64,000 nt of DNA, from positions 448,001 to 512,000 of the forward strand of contig CAVQUB010000005.1 of assembly GCA_963716725.1 (NCBI GenBank), read 5' to 3'. Source of the stretch: an uncultured delta proteobacterium. GTDB taxonomy: Bacteria; Myxococcota_A; Polyangia; Polyangiales; Polyangiaceae. The position numbers and the translations under genes were made by a program. Below the pieces are notes generated by a model, which was given only the letters and a program-made list of their open reading frames with translations, made no database searches and was not told the origin of the DNA. Below are positions 30,975 through 41,207 of this stretch, piece after piece (the first letter of the stretch is position 1; the number at the start of each line of letters is the position of its first letter).

Positions 30975-31976
30975 TCAATCCACCGCCCCTGAGCGCGTGC
31001 GCCACGGCCTCTGGAACAGCACCGCGAATACCAAGATGGCGCCGGTCAGCATCAGGCGGGCCTCGGTGCTGAAGGCGTTGAGGCTCAGGATCTTCTGCAG
31101 CATGCCCAGCGTCACCGCGCCGATCAGCGTGAGCCCGACGCCGCCGCGGCCGCCGGCGAGCGACGTGCCGCCGAGCACGACCATGGCGATCGCATCGAGC
31201 TCGTAGCCGGTGCCGGTCTCGGGATCGCCGTGGGTCTCTTGGGCGGCCTGGCAGATGCCCGCGATGGCGGCGAAAGCGCCGCACAGCGCGTAGGCGAGGG
31301 CCAGCGTGCGGCCCACGGGCACTCCGGACAAACGCGCGGCCTCGTAGCTGCCGCCGACGGCATAGAGGTAGCGCCCCGCGGTCAGCCGCGCGAGCACGAA
31401 CCAGGTGACCAGGGCGCAGGCGGCAAAGATCAGCGTGACGACGGACACGTTGTCGCCGAGCACCTTGCTGTCGATGGTACGGAACACCGAGGGCAGCTCC
31501 ACGGTGGTCGAGCTGCCGTCGGGCAGCACCACGTAGTTGGTGACCTTCTTGCCGCCCGCCAGGAGCTTGGCGAGGCCGCGCGCGAAGACCATCATCGCCA
31601 GCGTCACGATGAAGGGTTGCACCCGGAAGCGCGCGATCAGGGCGCCGGACGCGAGGCCGAGCAAGGTGCCTGCTGCGAGCACCAGGACAATGGTCGCGCC
31701 TGCGCCAAGACCCAGGGGCATGCTGAGGGTCGCGAACAGAACAGCGGCCACTGCCATCACGCTGCCGACGGACAGATCGATGCCGCCCGACACGATGACC
31801 AGCGTCATGCCGCAGGCCAGAATGCCGAGCACGCTGATCTCTCGCAGCATCGCCCGCTGGGTGCTCCACTCGAAGAAGGCACCGTTCTGGTTGAAGACGC
31901 AGCCGACGAGGATGACGATCAAGAGCGGCAAGAGCGCTCGCCCCGCGCTCGATCGCATCCAGCCGCCCGCCTTCAC
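30975..31976 (-). CDS. Sugar ABC transporter permease (RbsC-like)
   Basis: GGIDLSVGS, QPFIVTL, AARLSGV, YELDAIAMVVLGGTSLAGG. Confidence 0.93.
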   Translation of the reverse strand: MKAGGWMRSSAGRALLPLLIVILVGCVFNQNGAFFEWSTQRAMLREISVLGILACGMTLVIVSGGIDLSVGSVMAVAAVLFATLSMPLGLGAGATIVLVLAAGTLLGLASGALIARFRVQPFIVTLAMMVFARGLAKLLAGGKKVTNYVVLPDGSSTTVELPSVFRTIDSKVLGDNVSVVTLIFAACALVTWFVLARLTAGRYLYAVGGSYEAARLSGVPVGRTLALAYALCGAFAAIAGICQAAQETHGDPETGTGYELDAIAMVVLGGTSLAGGRGGVGLTLIGAVTLGMLQKILSLNAFSTEARLMLTGAILVFAVLFQRPWRTRSGAVD

Positions 31977-33490
31977 GCCGCCGCTCCCTCGCCGCCCATG
32001 GCCAAGGCCAAGAGGCGCTCGCGATCGAACTCGGCGCGCGACAGATCAGCGCGGCACTTGCCGCGGAACAGCACCAGGACGCGGTGGCAGAGCGTCATCA
32101 GCTCGTCGAACTCCGACGACGCCACCAGGACTGTCGCGCCTCGCGCAGCGACCTCGCGCACGAGTCGATGCACGTCGGCCTTCGCCGCCACGTCGATGCC
32201 TCGGGTCGGATCGTCGAGCAAGAGCAGCTTCGGCTTCGAGAGCAGGCAGCGCGCGAGCGCGACCTTCTGCTGGTTCCCGCCAGAGAGGCAGCCTGCGGGC
32301 GCCGCCATCGATGGGGCCACGAGGGCGAGGCGATTGGTCATCGCTGTAGCGAGCCTGCGCTCGCTCGTGAGTGAGAGCAGACCGTGGGGGAAGAGCCTGC
32401 GGAGGCTGGTCAGCGTCACGTTGTCCGCGACCGGGCGAGCGGAAAACACGCTGTGAGAACGATCGCGGGCCAGGAGGGTGACGCCGCGCGAGACCGCCTG
32501 CACTGGCGAGCGCGGCGCGTAGGCGTCGCCCGACAGTGTCATCTTTCCAACTGGCCGCGGCGCGATCGCGCCGAACAACGCCAGCAAGACCTCGCTCGCG
32601 CCGGAGTCCGAGAGCCCCGCCACGCCGACGATCTCGCCCGCGCGGGCCTCGAAGGAGACCCGGTCCAACAGCGGGCGCCCGCCGGGCCCGCCCGGGACGC
32701 CGAGCCCCGACACCGCGAGCGTGACCGGCCCCGGCTGCCCCTCGGCCGTCGCGCTGTCGCGCTCGACGCTGCGTCCCGCCATCTTCTCCACCAACGACCC
32801 TTCGTCGAGCTCGCTGGCCGCCCCCGAGAACACCCCCCGTCCGTCGCGCAGCACCGTGACGCGATCGGCGACGCGGAAGATCTCCTCCAACCGATGCGAG
32901 ATGAACACGATGCCCTTGCCCTGCTCGCGCAGTTCAGCCACGCGCTCGAACAAGAGCTTTGCTTCCGGCTCCGAGAGCGCGCTGGTGGGCTCGTCGAGGA
33001 TGAGCACCCGCGCGGCTTGGTGCAGAGCGCGCGCGATCTCGATCAGCTGTCGCTTGGCCAATCCGAGACATTCCACGCGCTCGCGGGGGTCCACGCCGAC
33101 GCCGACCTGCTCGAGGATCTGCCGCGCTTCATCGAGTCGGCGCGCAGCGAGCCAGGGCGCGGCGAGGCTTCGCCGCTCTCCCAAGAACAGGTTGTCGATC
33201 ACCGAAAGCGATGGGACCAGTGACAGCTCTTGGTGAATGGTCGCGACCCCGGCGCGCACCGCACTGTGCGGTTCGTCGAAGCGCACCATCTCGCCGCTCA
33301 CACGAAGCTCCCCCTCGAAGTCGGTGATCGCGCCCGACAGGATCTTGATCAGCGTGCTCTTGCCGGCGCCATTGCCGCCGGCCAAGACGTGGACCTCGCC
33401 GGGTCGCAGGTCGAACGAAACCCCCGACAGCGCTCGGGTCGAACCGAACGACTTGGCGACGGCGCGGAGTTCGAGCAGCGGTACGGTCAC
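31973..33490 (-). CDS. Sugar ABC transporter ATP-binding protein (RbsA-like, tandem ATPase)
   Basis: GGNGAGKST, ILDEPT, LSGGNQQKV, DDPTRGIDV. Confidence 0.93.
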   Translation of the reverse strand: MTVPLLELRAVAKSFGSTRALSGVSFDLRPGEVHVLAGGNGAGKSTLIKILSGAITDFEGELRVSGEMVRFDEPHSAVRAGVATIHQELSLVPSLSVIDNLFLGERRSLAAPWLAARRLDEARQILEQVGVGVDPRERVECLGLAKRQLIEIARALHQAARVLILDEPTSALSEPEAKLLFERVAELREQGKGIVFISHRLEEIFRVADRVTVLRDGRGVFSGAASELDEGSLVEKMAGRSVERDSATAEGQPGPVTLAVSGLGVPGGPGGRPLLDRVSFEARAGEIVGVAGLSDSGASEVLLALFGAIAPRPVGKMTLSGDAYAPRSPVQAVSRGVTLLARDRSHSVFSARPVADNVTLTSLRRLFPHGLLSLTSERRLATAMTNRLALVAPSMAAPAGCLSGGNQQKVALARCLLSKPKLLLLDDPTRGIDVAAKADVHRLVREVAARGATVLVASSEFDELMTLCHRVLVLFRGKCRADLSRAEFDRERLLALAMGGEGAAA

Positions 33491-33552
33491 GCGAGGGAGA
33501 GTAACCAAACCGAGACGAAACGTGGCATGATCGGCGGACGCGGAGGTTCAAC

Positions 33553-34158
33553 ATGCGTGGATTGGCACTTGGCTTGGTGTTGGTGATGCTCTCGGTGAGC
33601 GCTTGTGGCGACGATGGCGACGACGGCGGCGGCAGCGGCGGCAAGAGCACCGGTGGCACTGGCGGCGGCAGCGCGGGCAGCGGCGGAGCGACTGGCGGCA
33701 CGGGTGGCGGAACCGCAGGCAGCGGCGGAGCGACCGGTGGCACTGGCGGCGGCAGCGCGGGCAGCGGCGGAGCGACCGGCGGTACGGGCGGCGGCAGCGC
33801 GGGCAGCGGCGGCACCAGCGGCGCCGGTGGCAGCACCGACGGCGGCAAGCCCGACGGCGGCAAACCCGACGGCGGCAAACCCGACGGCGGCAAGCCCGAC
33901 GGCGGCAACACCGACGGCGGCAACACCGATGGCGGCAAACCCGATGCCAGCCCGAACACGGATGGCGGCGGAGCGTGCACGGCCGACAAACAATGCAAGC
34001 TCTTCTCGTCGTACTGCAGCACGGCTCCCTGTCAGTGTATCGCTCTCCCATCCGGCCAAGCAGATCCCAAGTGCGGTGGCACGCTGGTGAACTGTCTGAA
34101 AGATCCCTGTCTCGGCAAAGTCGCGACGTGCAACGGCGGCACCTGTCAAGTGAAGTGA
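33553..34158 (+). CDS. Gly-rich repeat lipoprotein with small Cys-rich C-terminal domain
   Basis: VSAC lipobox; (GGTGGGSAGSGGAT)n and (DGGKP/DGGNT)n repeats; C-terminal Cys cluster. Confidence 0.75.
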   Translation: MRGLALGLVLVMLSVSACGDDGDDGGGSGGKSTGGTGGGSAGSGGATGGTGGGTAGSGGATGGTGGGSAGSGGATGGTGGGSAGSGGTSGAGGSTDGGKPDGGKPDGGKPDGGKPDGGNTDGGNTDGGKPDASPNTDGGGACTADKQCKLFSSYCSTAPCQCIALPSGQADPKCGGTLVNCLKDPCLGKVATCNGGTCQVK

Positions 34159-35504
34159 GAGCGGCAGCGCTCGCACTTGTCGTCAGCGTCTCGGCCTGCG
34201 GCTCGCGCTCGGGCTTACTCGAGCCCGGGCCCAGCGCCGGCGGTGCATCGGGCAGCGGCGCGACCAGCGGAGCTGGCGGTGGCGGTGGAAGCGGCGGCGG
34301 GGGGGTCGGCGGCGTCGGTGGAAGCGTCGGCGGCGTCGGCGGCGGCGGCACCGGCGGCACTGTCGCGTGCAATAGCCTGTTTCAAATCGAGCCCAGCGTC
34401 GTGGTGCAGCAGCTTGCCGGCGATCAGGACTCCGCGCCCGACCTCGTGTTCTCGAGCGACGGCGGCGAGCAGGTCAGCGTCGCGTTCTTGCGTCAGCCCC
34501 TGGGTCCGGCGAGCTTCCGACAGATCCGCCACGCGACCCTGTCGCCGTGGTCGGACTGGCCGACGGCAGGCCAGCTCGCGCCGGCCTACGAAACCTTCAA
34601 AAGTCCCCAGCTTTCGCCCAAGTTCCGGGCCGGTTCGGGCTTCGGTGAGCACCTGTCGCTCCTGGTGGCGCACGAGGCGGGCGCTACGGCCGTCACCAGC
34701 TTCGCGCCGATGGTCGCGGCCCAAGCGTCGAGCGCCGGGCCGACCGTGGGCGTCCAGGGTTCGACGCCGGCCTTCGTCGCGCGCGGATCGGGGGGCCGCC
34801 ACTTGGTCGGAACGCGGGACGACACGTTGCTCTGGGGCCAGGTCGTTCAAGGCAACTCGGTCGTTCAGAGCAGCATCGTGGGATGCGCCGCCTTCGCGCC
34901 CATCGCGGATGCGGTTCAGTTCGGCGACGGTTGGTTGGTGGCGGTGGCGTCGGGTCAGAAGACGCCGATCTTGGGCTGCGAGGCAGATCCGGGCCCGCCG
35001 AGTCGCGTCGATGTGGTCCGAGTGAATGCAGATGGCACGGCAGAGTTCGTCACCGGCATCGATGCTGGCGCGCCGATCATGCACCTCGCGGCGGCGCCTC
35101 ACCCCGACGGCCTGTACGTCGTGTATCGCGTCGCCAGCGGTGGCGTAATGGCGCCCATCCGATGGTTGCGCGTCTCCGCGTCGGGTGCGGGCATCGTCGG
35201 TCCCGGAGACGTGTCGGGGCCGGCGGACGTACCCCTCGACTTCGACGCGACCTCCCTCGGCGATCGCCTGGTCGTGGCGTGGGGCAACGATCCGGCGGGC
35301 AACCCGCCAGATCTCGTGATCTCCGTGCTCGACCCCTTCGGAGCACAGCTCGCTCAGCACGCCTGGGAGCCCGAGTTCTTCGGGCCCGTATCGGTGATTG
35401 GCGCCCCGTCGGGCAATTCGCTCTTGGTCGCGTGGCAGGGCCCGTCCCCGGCACTCGTGACCGGTGTCTCGCTGACCCGCCTCGACTGCGTTGGCGATCT
35501 GTAG
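34155..35504 (+). CDS. Lipoprotein, putative beta-propeller
   Basis: GTGA overlap with the upstream gene; VSACGSRSGL lipobox; Gly linker. Confidence 0.7.
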   Translation: MRAAALALVVSVSACGSRSGLLEPGPSAGGASGSGATSGAGGGGGSGGGGVGGVGGSVGGVGGGGTGGTVACNSLFQIEPSVVVQQLAGDQDSAPDLVFSSDGGEQVSVAFLRQPLGPASFRQIRHATLSPWSDWPTAGQLAPAYETFKSPQLSPKFRAGSGFGEHLSLLVAHEAGATAVTSFAPMVAAQASSAGPTVGVQGSTPAFVARGSGGRHLVGTRDDTLLWGQVVQGNSVVQSSIVGCAAFAPIADAVQFGDGWLVAVASGQKTPILGCEADPGPPSRVDVVRVNADGTAEFVTGIDAGAPIMHLAAAPHPDGLYVVYRVASGGVMAPIRWLRVSASGAGIVGPGDVSGPADVPLDFDATSLGDRLVVAWGNDPAGNPPDLVISVLDPFGAQLAQHAWEPEFFGPVSVIGAPSGNSLLVAWQGPSPALVTGVSLTRLDCVGDL

Positions 35505-35513
35505 AAACACGAA

Positions 35514-35543
35514 CGCCGCGGATCCCCGAAGGAACCCGCGGCG
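35514..35543. terminator. GC-rich hairpin between convergent genes
   Basis: CGCCGCGG 35514-35521 pairs with CCGCGGCG 35536-35543. Confidence 0.5.
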
Positions 35544-35564
35544 CGCGTGTGGCAGAGGCGACTG

Positions 35565-38078
35565 TCAGCCAGTGCCGGGCAGGGTGGCGTTCGACAGCCA
35601 CTTGAAGCCGTCGAGCAACACGCTCGAGTCGAAGGCCGTGTCACCCACGTCCCAGACCACGATGCGCAGCTCGACGATCTGTCCCGGAACGACGTTGCCC
35701 GCCGTGGTCAGCCAGAACGATCCGCCACCGACCGTGCATGCGCCGGACTTCTCGAAGCCGGTCCCGAGCAGACCGCCGATGCCCGCGCCGCACGAGGCCG
35801 CGTTCACGCTGCTGTCCCAGCAACCCGGGTTGCTCGCCTGGCTCTCGCACACCGCGAACAGGCTGGTGCCCGCCGCGATGTTGATACCGATGGGCCACTT
35901 CTTGCCCGCCGTGTCCAGGTAGGTCATCAGGTTCTTGTCGATGGGGTTCGGAATCGGCGAGGGCGCGCCGCTTGGCGTGTCCACCAGCGCGACCAGCTGG
36001 TCGTTGAAGTCCGTGCACACGTACTCGGGGTACTCCGCGCTCAGGAAGTACGAGTTGAACGAGAAGGCCCGAGCGTTGGTCGGCGCGCGCAGGCGCAGCC
36101 GCAGCATGACCGAGTCGCGAGCGAGGTTCGGTCCACCCGAGGTCCCCGAGCCGCAGTTCGGCGCCACGGGCAGCGCGTTGGCGGCCTTGAGCGGCGGGTT
36201 TGCGGTGGTGAACCAGTCCTTGATGCAGCGCGCGTCCGTGCAGGTCGAGACGTTGACCGAGCTGCTCGGACCGTGCGTCGTGCTGACGTTGAACCCGCCC
36301 GGCGCGCCGCCGTTCGGACCTGGGTTGGTCTGCGTCGCGTCGGAGGCAATGCCGCTCGAGAAGACCGCCATCGAGCCGCCCTCGATCGGCACGTTGTTCG
36401 TGCCGAACTTCGGTCGGATCGAGCGAGCTCGGACGTCGCCCAGGGCAGAGCCGTCGGCGCGCAAGAGCTCGGCGGTGATCAAGCCCCAGGTCTTGTCCTT
36501 CTTGGCCGCGGGGGTTTCGGTGGTCGTGCGGCAGACCCCAATCGCCTTGGCGTAGTCGCCCGCCGTCGCGGAGTTGGACGCCAGCGTCTGATCGCAGGGC
36601 AGCGCGTCTTCTTGGTCGAAGAGATCGATCTTGGCGTTGCAGTTGTCGTCGATGCCGTTGCCCACGACCTCCACCGCGCCCGGGTTCACGTACTGCGGCT
36701 CACTGCCGCAGGTGCCCGGCTTGTCGCAGCAGTCACCTTCGGAGGCCAGCCAACCGTCGCCGTCGCAATCGGTGGTGGCGCTGTTGCACTGCTGGCAGGT
36801 TCCGGTCACGCACTTCGCGCCGGGCGCGCAGGCGTTGCCGCAGGTTCCGCAGTTGGCCAAATCGATCTGCGTGTTGACGCACGAGTTGCCACACTTGGTG
36901 AGGCTGCCGCCGCATACACTGGCGCAGGTGCCGTTGTTGCAGATCTGGCCCGACGTGCAGGCGGTGCCGCAGGTGCCGCAGTTCGCGCCGTCGGTCTTGG
37001 TGTCGACGCAGGTCGAGCCGCACTTGGTGGTGCCGCCGGAGCACTGCAAGCTGCAGGTGCCCGTCGAGCAGACCTGGCCGCTGGGGCACGCATTGCCGCA
37101 GCCGCCACAGTTCGCGGGATCGGTGTCGGTGACGACGCAGGCTGTGCCGCATTTGATGGCGCCGCCGGAACACTGCAGGCCGCAGGTCCCCGTCGAGCAG
37201 ACCTGCCCGCCGGTGCAGGCGTTTCCGCAAGTGCCGCAGTTGGTCGAGTCGCTGTTGGTGTCGACGCATACGGTGCCACACTTGGTGGTGCCGCCGCTGC
37301 AGGTCAGACCGCAGGTGCCCGTCGAGCAGACCTCGCCCCCGCTGCAGGCGGTGCCGCAGGTGCCGCAATTGGCCGGATCGATCTGAGTGTCGACGCATTT
37401 GTTCCCGCAGAGCGCGGTGCCGCCGAGACACTGGCTCGCGCACTGCCCCGCGGAGCAGACCTCGCCGGTCTTGCAGGTCGTGCCGCAAGCGCCGCAGTTG
37501 GCGGGATCGATCTGGGTGTCGACGCACTTGTTGCTGCACTCAGTGGTTCCGCCCAGGCACTGGCTCGCGCATTTTCCGGCGGAGCAGAGCTCGCCGGTCT
37601 TGCACGCGGTGCCGCAAGCGCCGCAGTTGGCGGGATCGATCTGGGTGTCGACGCACTTGTTGCTGCACTCGGTAGTCCCGCCCAGGCACTGGCTCGAACA
37701 CTGCGCGGCCGAGCAGAGCTCACCGGTCTTGCATGCCATCTCGCAGCCGCCGCAGTTGGACGGGTCGATAGTGGTGTCGACGCACTTGCCGTTGCACAGC
37801 GTGGCGCCAGGACACTGCCCGCCGCCGCCGCCGGTGGCGCCGCTGCCGCCCGTAGCGCCGCTGCCGCCCGTAGCGCCGCTGCCGCCGGTGGCGCCGCTGC
37901 CGCCTGTGGCGCCGCTGCCGCCTGTGGCGCCGCTGCCGCCTGTGGCGCCGCTGCCGCCAATGCCCGCAGATGACCCGCTGTCGCTGCCGCAGCCGGCGAG
38001 CGGGGCGGCCGCGAACGCGGCGAGCGCAGCGACGGTCAGAGCCGCCGAGCGCAGTTTGGATCGATGATTGGTTTTCAT
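35565..38078 (-). CDS. Large surface lipoprotein: GGSGAT linker, eight 43-aa Cys-rich repeats (MXAN_6577/Stig1-like), MopE-like metal-binding motif, choice-of-anchor-L-like domain
   Basis: LAGC lipobox; CVDTxxDPxNCGxCG repeats with 129-bp period; DCDGDG...NPGAVEVVGNGIDDNCN; FLSAEYPEYVCTDFND, WDVGDTAFDSSVLLDGFKW. Confidence 0.8.
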   Translation of the reverse strand: MKTNHRSKLRSAALTVAALAAFAAAPLAGCGSDSGSSAGIGGSGATGGSGATGGSGATGGSGATGGSGATGGSGATGGSGATGGGGGQCPGATLCNGKCVDTTIDPSNCGGCEMACKTGELCSAAQCSSQCLGGTTECSNKCVDTQIDPANCGACGTACKTGELCSAGKCASQCLGGTTECSNKCVDTQIDPANCGACGTTCKTGEVCSAGQCASQCLGGTALCGNKCVDTQIDPANCGTCGTACSGGEVCSTGTCGLTCSGGTTKCGTVCVDTNSDSTNCGTCGNACTGGQVCSTGTCGLQCSGGAIKCGTACVVTDTDPANCGGCGNACPSGQVCSTGTCSLQCSGGTTKCGSTCVDTKTDGANCGTCGTACTSGQICNNGTCASVCGGSLTKCGNSCVNTQIDLANCGTCGNACAPGAKCVTGTCQQCNSATTDCDGDGWLASEGDCCDKPGTCGSEPQYVNPGAVEVVGNGIDDNCNAKIDLFDQEDALPCDQTLASNSATAGDYAKAIGVCRTTTETPAAKKDKTWGLITAELLRADGSALGDVRARSIRPKFGTNNVPIEGGSMAVFSSGIASDATQTNPGPNGGAPGGFNVSTTHGPSSSVNVSTCTDARCIKDWFTTANPPLKAANALPVAPNCGSGTSGGPNLARDSVMLRLRLRAPTNARAFSFNSYFLSAEYPEYVCTDFNDQLVALVDTPSGAPSPIPNPIDKNLMTYLDTAGKKWPIGINIAAGTSLFAVCESQASNPGCWDSSVNAASCGAGIGGLLGTGFEKSGACTVGGGSFWLTTAGNVVPGQIVELRIVVWDVGDTAFDSSVLLDGFKWLSNATLPGTG

Positions 38079-38314
38079 TTCAGCTCCATTGCTTGCGGAC
38101 CTGCCCGCAGCGACCCCGCGGACGTGCGCCTGCCAAGAGGTGGGCGCACCGTCGCCGGGTCTCATACCTGCGCCGCAGGCTCGATCTTCCTCGAGCCCGC
38201 ATGTCGCAGTTTTCATGGGAAATTTTGCCGTGGCGCTGGTTGCCGAGCAGTCATGTTAGAAGGCGGGTCCCGACTGAGAGTGATGTCACCTCAGGTTCTT
38301 CCACGGAGATCGTC

Positions 38315-38674
38315 GTGAGCCACTGGGCCTCAGCGCTGGCTTTTCTCGTCCTATCCGCCGTCGTCGGCGCGAGCATGCTCCTCATCGCGAGACTGCTCGG
38401 GGTGCGCGCGCGCGTACACTCGCCGCTGAAGCACCAGACCTACGAATGTGGCGAAGAGCCGGAGGGGCCGGCCTGGCTCAAATTCCATCCGCGCTACTAC
38501 GTGGTGGCGCTGGTCTTTGTCGTCTTCGACGTCGAGGCGGCGTTCTTGTTCCCCTGGGCCGTGAGCGTCGGCAAGCTCGGGCTCATCGCCATCATCGACA
38601 TGGTGATCTTTGTCGCCATCCTGATGCTCGGCTGGTGGTACGCGGTCAAGAAGGGCGCCCTGAAGTGGCAGTGA
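38315..38674 (+). CDS. nuoA: NADH-quinone oxidoreductase subunit A
   Basis: [36 protein letters not shown]. Confidence 0.95.
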   Translation: MSHWASALAFLVLSAVVGASMLLIARLLGVRARVHSPLKHQTYECGEEPEGPAWLKFHPRYYVVALVFVVFDVEAAFLFPWAVSVGKLGLIAIIDMVIFVAILMLGWWYAVKKGALKWQ

Positions 38675-39411
38675 ACGAAGACGACCGGTCGTTTCAGCAC
38701 CCGCTCTACGACAGCCTGGCCCGCATGCCGGGGCTCGACGTCGCGACCACGAGCGTGGACAAGCTCCTGAGCTGGGGTGCGTCCAACTCGCTCTGGATCT
38801 TTGCCATGGCCACCAGCTGTTGCGGCATCGAGCTGATGGCCGCCGCCGCGAGCCGAGTCGATCTCGACCGCATGGGCACTATCGTCCGCGGCTCGCCGCG
38901 CCAGAGTGATCTGATGGTGGTCGCCGGGACCATCACGGTGAAGATGGCGCCGCGCGTGAAGAAGCTCTGGGATCAGATGCCCGAACCGAAGTGGTGCATC
39001 GCCATGGGCTCGTGCGCCATCAGCGGCGATTTCTACCGAGACATCTACTCGGTCGTGCCGGGCATCGACACCTTTTTGCCGGTCGACGTCTACATCCCGG
39101 GCTGTCCGCCCAACCCAGAGGCGCTGATGCACGGGCTCATGCGCCTACAGGAGAAGATCAAGGCCTTCCGTGCTGGAGAGCCCCGCGACGCCGCCGAGCG
39201 GCCGCCGACGCCCGAGCACATGCGGCTACCGCGCCTGCCCCGCCTCGACGATCCAAGTCGGCCCGAAGAGCTGAGCCTGCTGCAGACTCGGAGTGCCGGA
39301 AGCCTTGGCCTCGGGACGGAGCTGAACTTGGTCGAGCTTCGCCGCTCCAAGGAAGGCGAAGCCCTGGAAGCCAAGCTCGCGGGGCTGCGTGCCCCCGTGA
39401 AGAAGGAGTAG
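38671..39411 (+). CDS. nuoB: NADH-quinone oxidoreductase subunit B
   Basis: [37 protein letters not shown]. Confidence 0.96.
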   Translation: MNEDDRSFQHPLYDSLARMPGLDVATTSVDKLLSWGASNSLWIFAMATSCCGIELMAAAASRVDLDRMGTIVRGSPRQSDLMVVAGTITVKMAPRVKKLWDQMPEPKWCIAMGSCAISGDFYRDIYSVVPGIDTFLPVDVYIPGCPPNPEALMHGLMRLQEKIKAFRAGEPRDAAERPPTPEHMRLPRLPRLDDPSRPEELSLLQTRSAGSLGLGTELNLVELRRSKEGEALEAKLAGLRAPVKKE

Positions 39412-39414
39412 CCC

Positions 39415-39903
39415 GTGAAAGGCGCTGCGAAGAACCAAGAGCTCGAGAAGCTGCTTGCCGACGAGTTCGGCGTGACCGATTTCCCGGCCGATGCGCCGGC
39501 GATCGTGGACCGCTCACGTCACCTCGAGCTTGCCGAAAGGCTCAAACAACTCGGCTACCGCATCTACGTGACCGTGGTCGTCACCCACTACCTGCCCCAG
39601 CTTGCGAGCAAGACCGGTCCGGAGCAGCCGGAGCACTTCGAGGTGGCCACGGCGCTGCGCAAGCCGACGAAGGGTGCGGCCCTCGCCGTCTGGCGGACCC
39701 GACTCGCTCCGGGCGAGAGCCTCGACTCTCTTGTCTCGCTGTTTGCGGGAGCCGACTGGCAAGAACGCGAGCAATACGACCTGCTGGGCGTGACGTTCGA
39801 GAACCACCCGGATCTGCGCCGGCTGATGATGCCCGACGACTGGGAAGGGCACCCGCTACGCAAGGACTACGCCATCGATACGGCGTGCACGCCTTGGAGG
39901 TGA
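39415..39903 (+). CDS. nuoC: NADH-quinone oxidoreductase subunit C
   Basis: [25 protein letters not shown]...GHPLRKDY. Confidence 0.94.
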   Translation: MKGAAKNQELEKLLADEFGVTDFPADAPAIVDRSRHLELAERLKQLGYRIYVTVVVTHYLPQLASKTGPEQPEHFEVATALRKPTKGAALAVWRTRLAPGESLDSLVSLFAGADWQEREQYDLLGVTFENHPDLRRLMMPDDWEGHPLRKDYAIDTACTPWR

Positions 39904-39907
39904 GCCG

Positions 39908-41176
39908 ATGGAGCTGAGCGTCGATCCCAAGCCAGGCAAGCCCGCCAAGAAGGCCTCGGAGCAGACCGGACCGCCCTGGTTCGTCCAGGGCGCCGCGGCG
40001 CCCATCGAGCGCGCGAACCCCTACCTCGAGATCGAGGACTACGATCCCGAGGCGGATCTGATGGTGCTGAACCTCGGGCCCCAGCACCCGAGCACTCACG
40101 GAGTCTTCCGCGTCAAGCTCTACCTCGACGGTGAGTTGATCGTGAAAGCCGTGCCCTACGCCGGCTATCTGCATCGCGGGGTCGAGAAGTTGTGCGAGAA
40201 GCTGGCGTTCACCCAGATCACGCCCATCGTCGACAAGAACGACTACGTGTCGCCGATGATGAACGAGCAGGCCATCAACATGGCCTTCGAGGCCCTGCTC
40301 GGCGCCGAGGTGCCGCGACGCGCTCGTTACATCCGCACCATCGTCGCGGAACTCCAGCGCATCGCCAGCCACCTGCTCTGGCTCGGGACCTTCGGCCTCG
40401 ACCTGGGCGGCGCGCTTGGCGGCGGATCGACGGTGTTCCTTCACTGTTTCCGCGAGCGCGAGCTGATCATGGACCTCTTCGAGGCCCTGACCGGCTGCCG
40501 CTTCCACTACAACACGCACACCGTCGGCGGTAACCGTCACGACATCCCCGAGGGCTGGGCTTCGCAGGTGAAGCAAGCGCTCTCGGTCATCGACTCGCGA
40601 GTCGGCGAGTACGAAGAGCTGATGACGCACAACGCCATCTTCGTGAAGCGCACGCGCGGGGTCGGGGTCGTCGACGGCGAGCTGTGCTTGGAGCTCGGGA
40701 TCACCGGGCCCATGCTCCGAGCCGCGGGCGTCGACTACGACATGCGCCGCGATGCGCCCTACCACGCCTACGACGAGATCGAGGTGCGGGTTCCGACCGA
40801 GACCGCCGGTGATTGCGAGGCGCGGACGGTGGTCCGCATCCGCGAGATCGCGGAGAGCACGCGCATCGTGCGCGAGCTGATCGACGGCGTGCCGGAAGGC
40901 CCGATTTGCGGTCACAAACCAATCAAGATCGTGCTGCAAGAGCGCAGTGCTGGCGGGCAAGCCTACGCGGCCCTCGAGAGTCCTCGCGGAGAGCTCGGCA
41001 CCTGGGTCATCGGAGGCGGCGCCAACAAGGGCACGAGCCCCTATCGACTGAAGATCCGGCCTCCAAGCCTGCACGCCGCGAGCTGCTTGCCCTACGTGCT
41101 TCCCGGCCACAGCTTGAGCGACGCCATCGTAATTCTGGGCAGCGTCGACCCCATCATGGGCGAAGTCGATCGTTGA
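39908..41176 (+). CDS. nuoD: NADH-quinone oxidoreductase subunit D
   Basis: NLGPQHPSTHGV, GYLHRGVEK, ESPRGELG, GSVDPIMGEVDR. Confidence 0.97.
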   Translation: MELSVDPKPGKPAKKASEQTGPPWFVQGAAAPIERANPYLEIEDYDPEADLMVLNLGPQHPSTHGVFRVKLYLDGELIVKAVPYAGYLHRGVEKLCEKLAFTQITPIVDKNDYVSPMMNEQAINMAFEALLGAEVPRRARYIRTIVAELQRIASHLLWLGTFGLDLGGALGGGSTVFLHCFRERELIMDLFEALTGCRFHYNTHTVGGNRHDIPEGWASQVKQALSVIDSRVGEYEELMTHNAIFVKRTRGVGVVDGELCLELGITGPMLRAAGVDYDMRRDAPYHAYDEIEVRVPTETAGDCEARTVVRIREIAESTRIVRELIDGVPEGPICGHKPIKIVLQERSAGGQAYAALESPRGELGTWVIGGGANKGTSPYRLKIRPPSLHAASCLPYVLPGHSLSDAIVILGSVDPIMGEVDR

Positions 41177-41207
41177 CCCCGGCGTCGCTCTCCGCGACAC
41201 TGCCCGC

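Noticed and set aside
37830..37960. Fourth member of the RAYT-associated 18-bp family
   Set aside because: Unrelated sequence; a plain coding GGSGAT linker with synonymous variation.
35547..37973. Long antisense ORFs (also 42768-44495, 45768-48008, 39581-41266)
   Set aside because: Typical high-GC shadow frames opposite well-supported genes.
38228..38245. Sigma-54 promoter TGGCGC...TTGC
   Set aside because: GG-to-GC spacing is 8 nt rather than the required 10.
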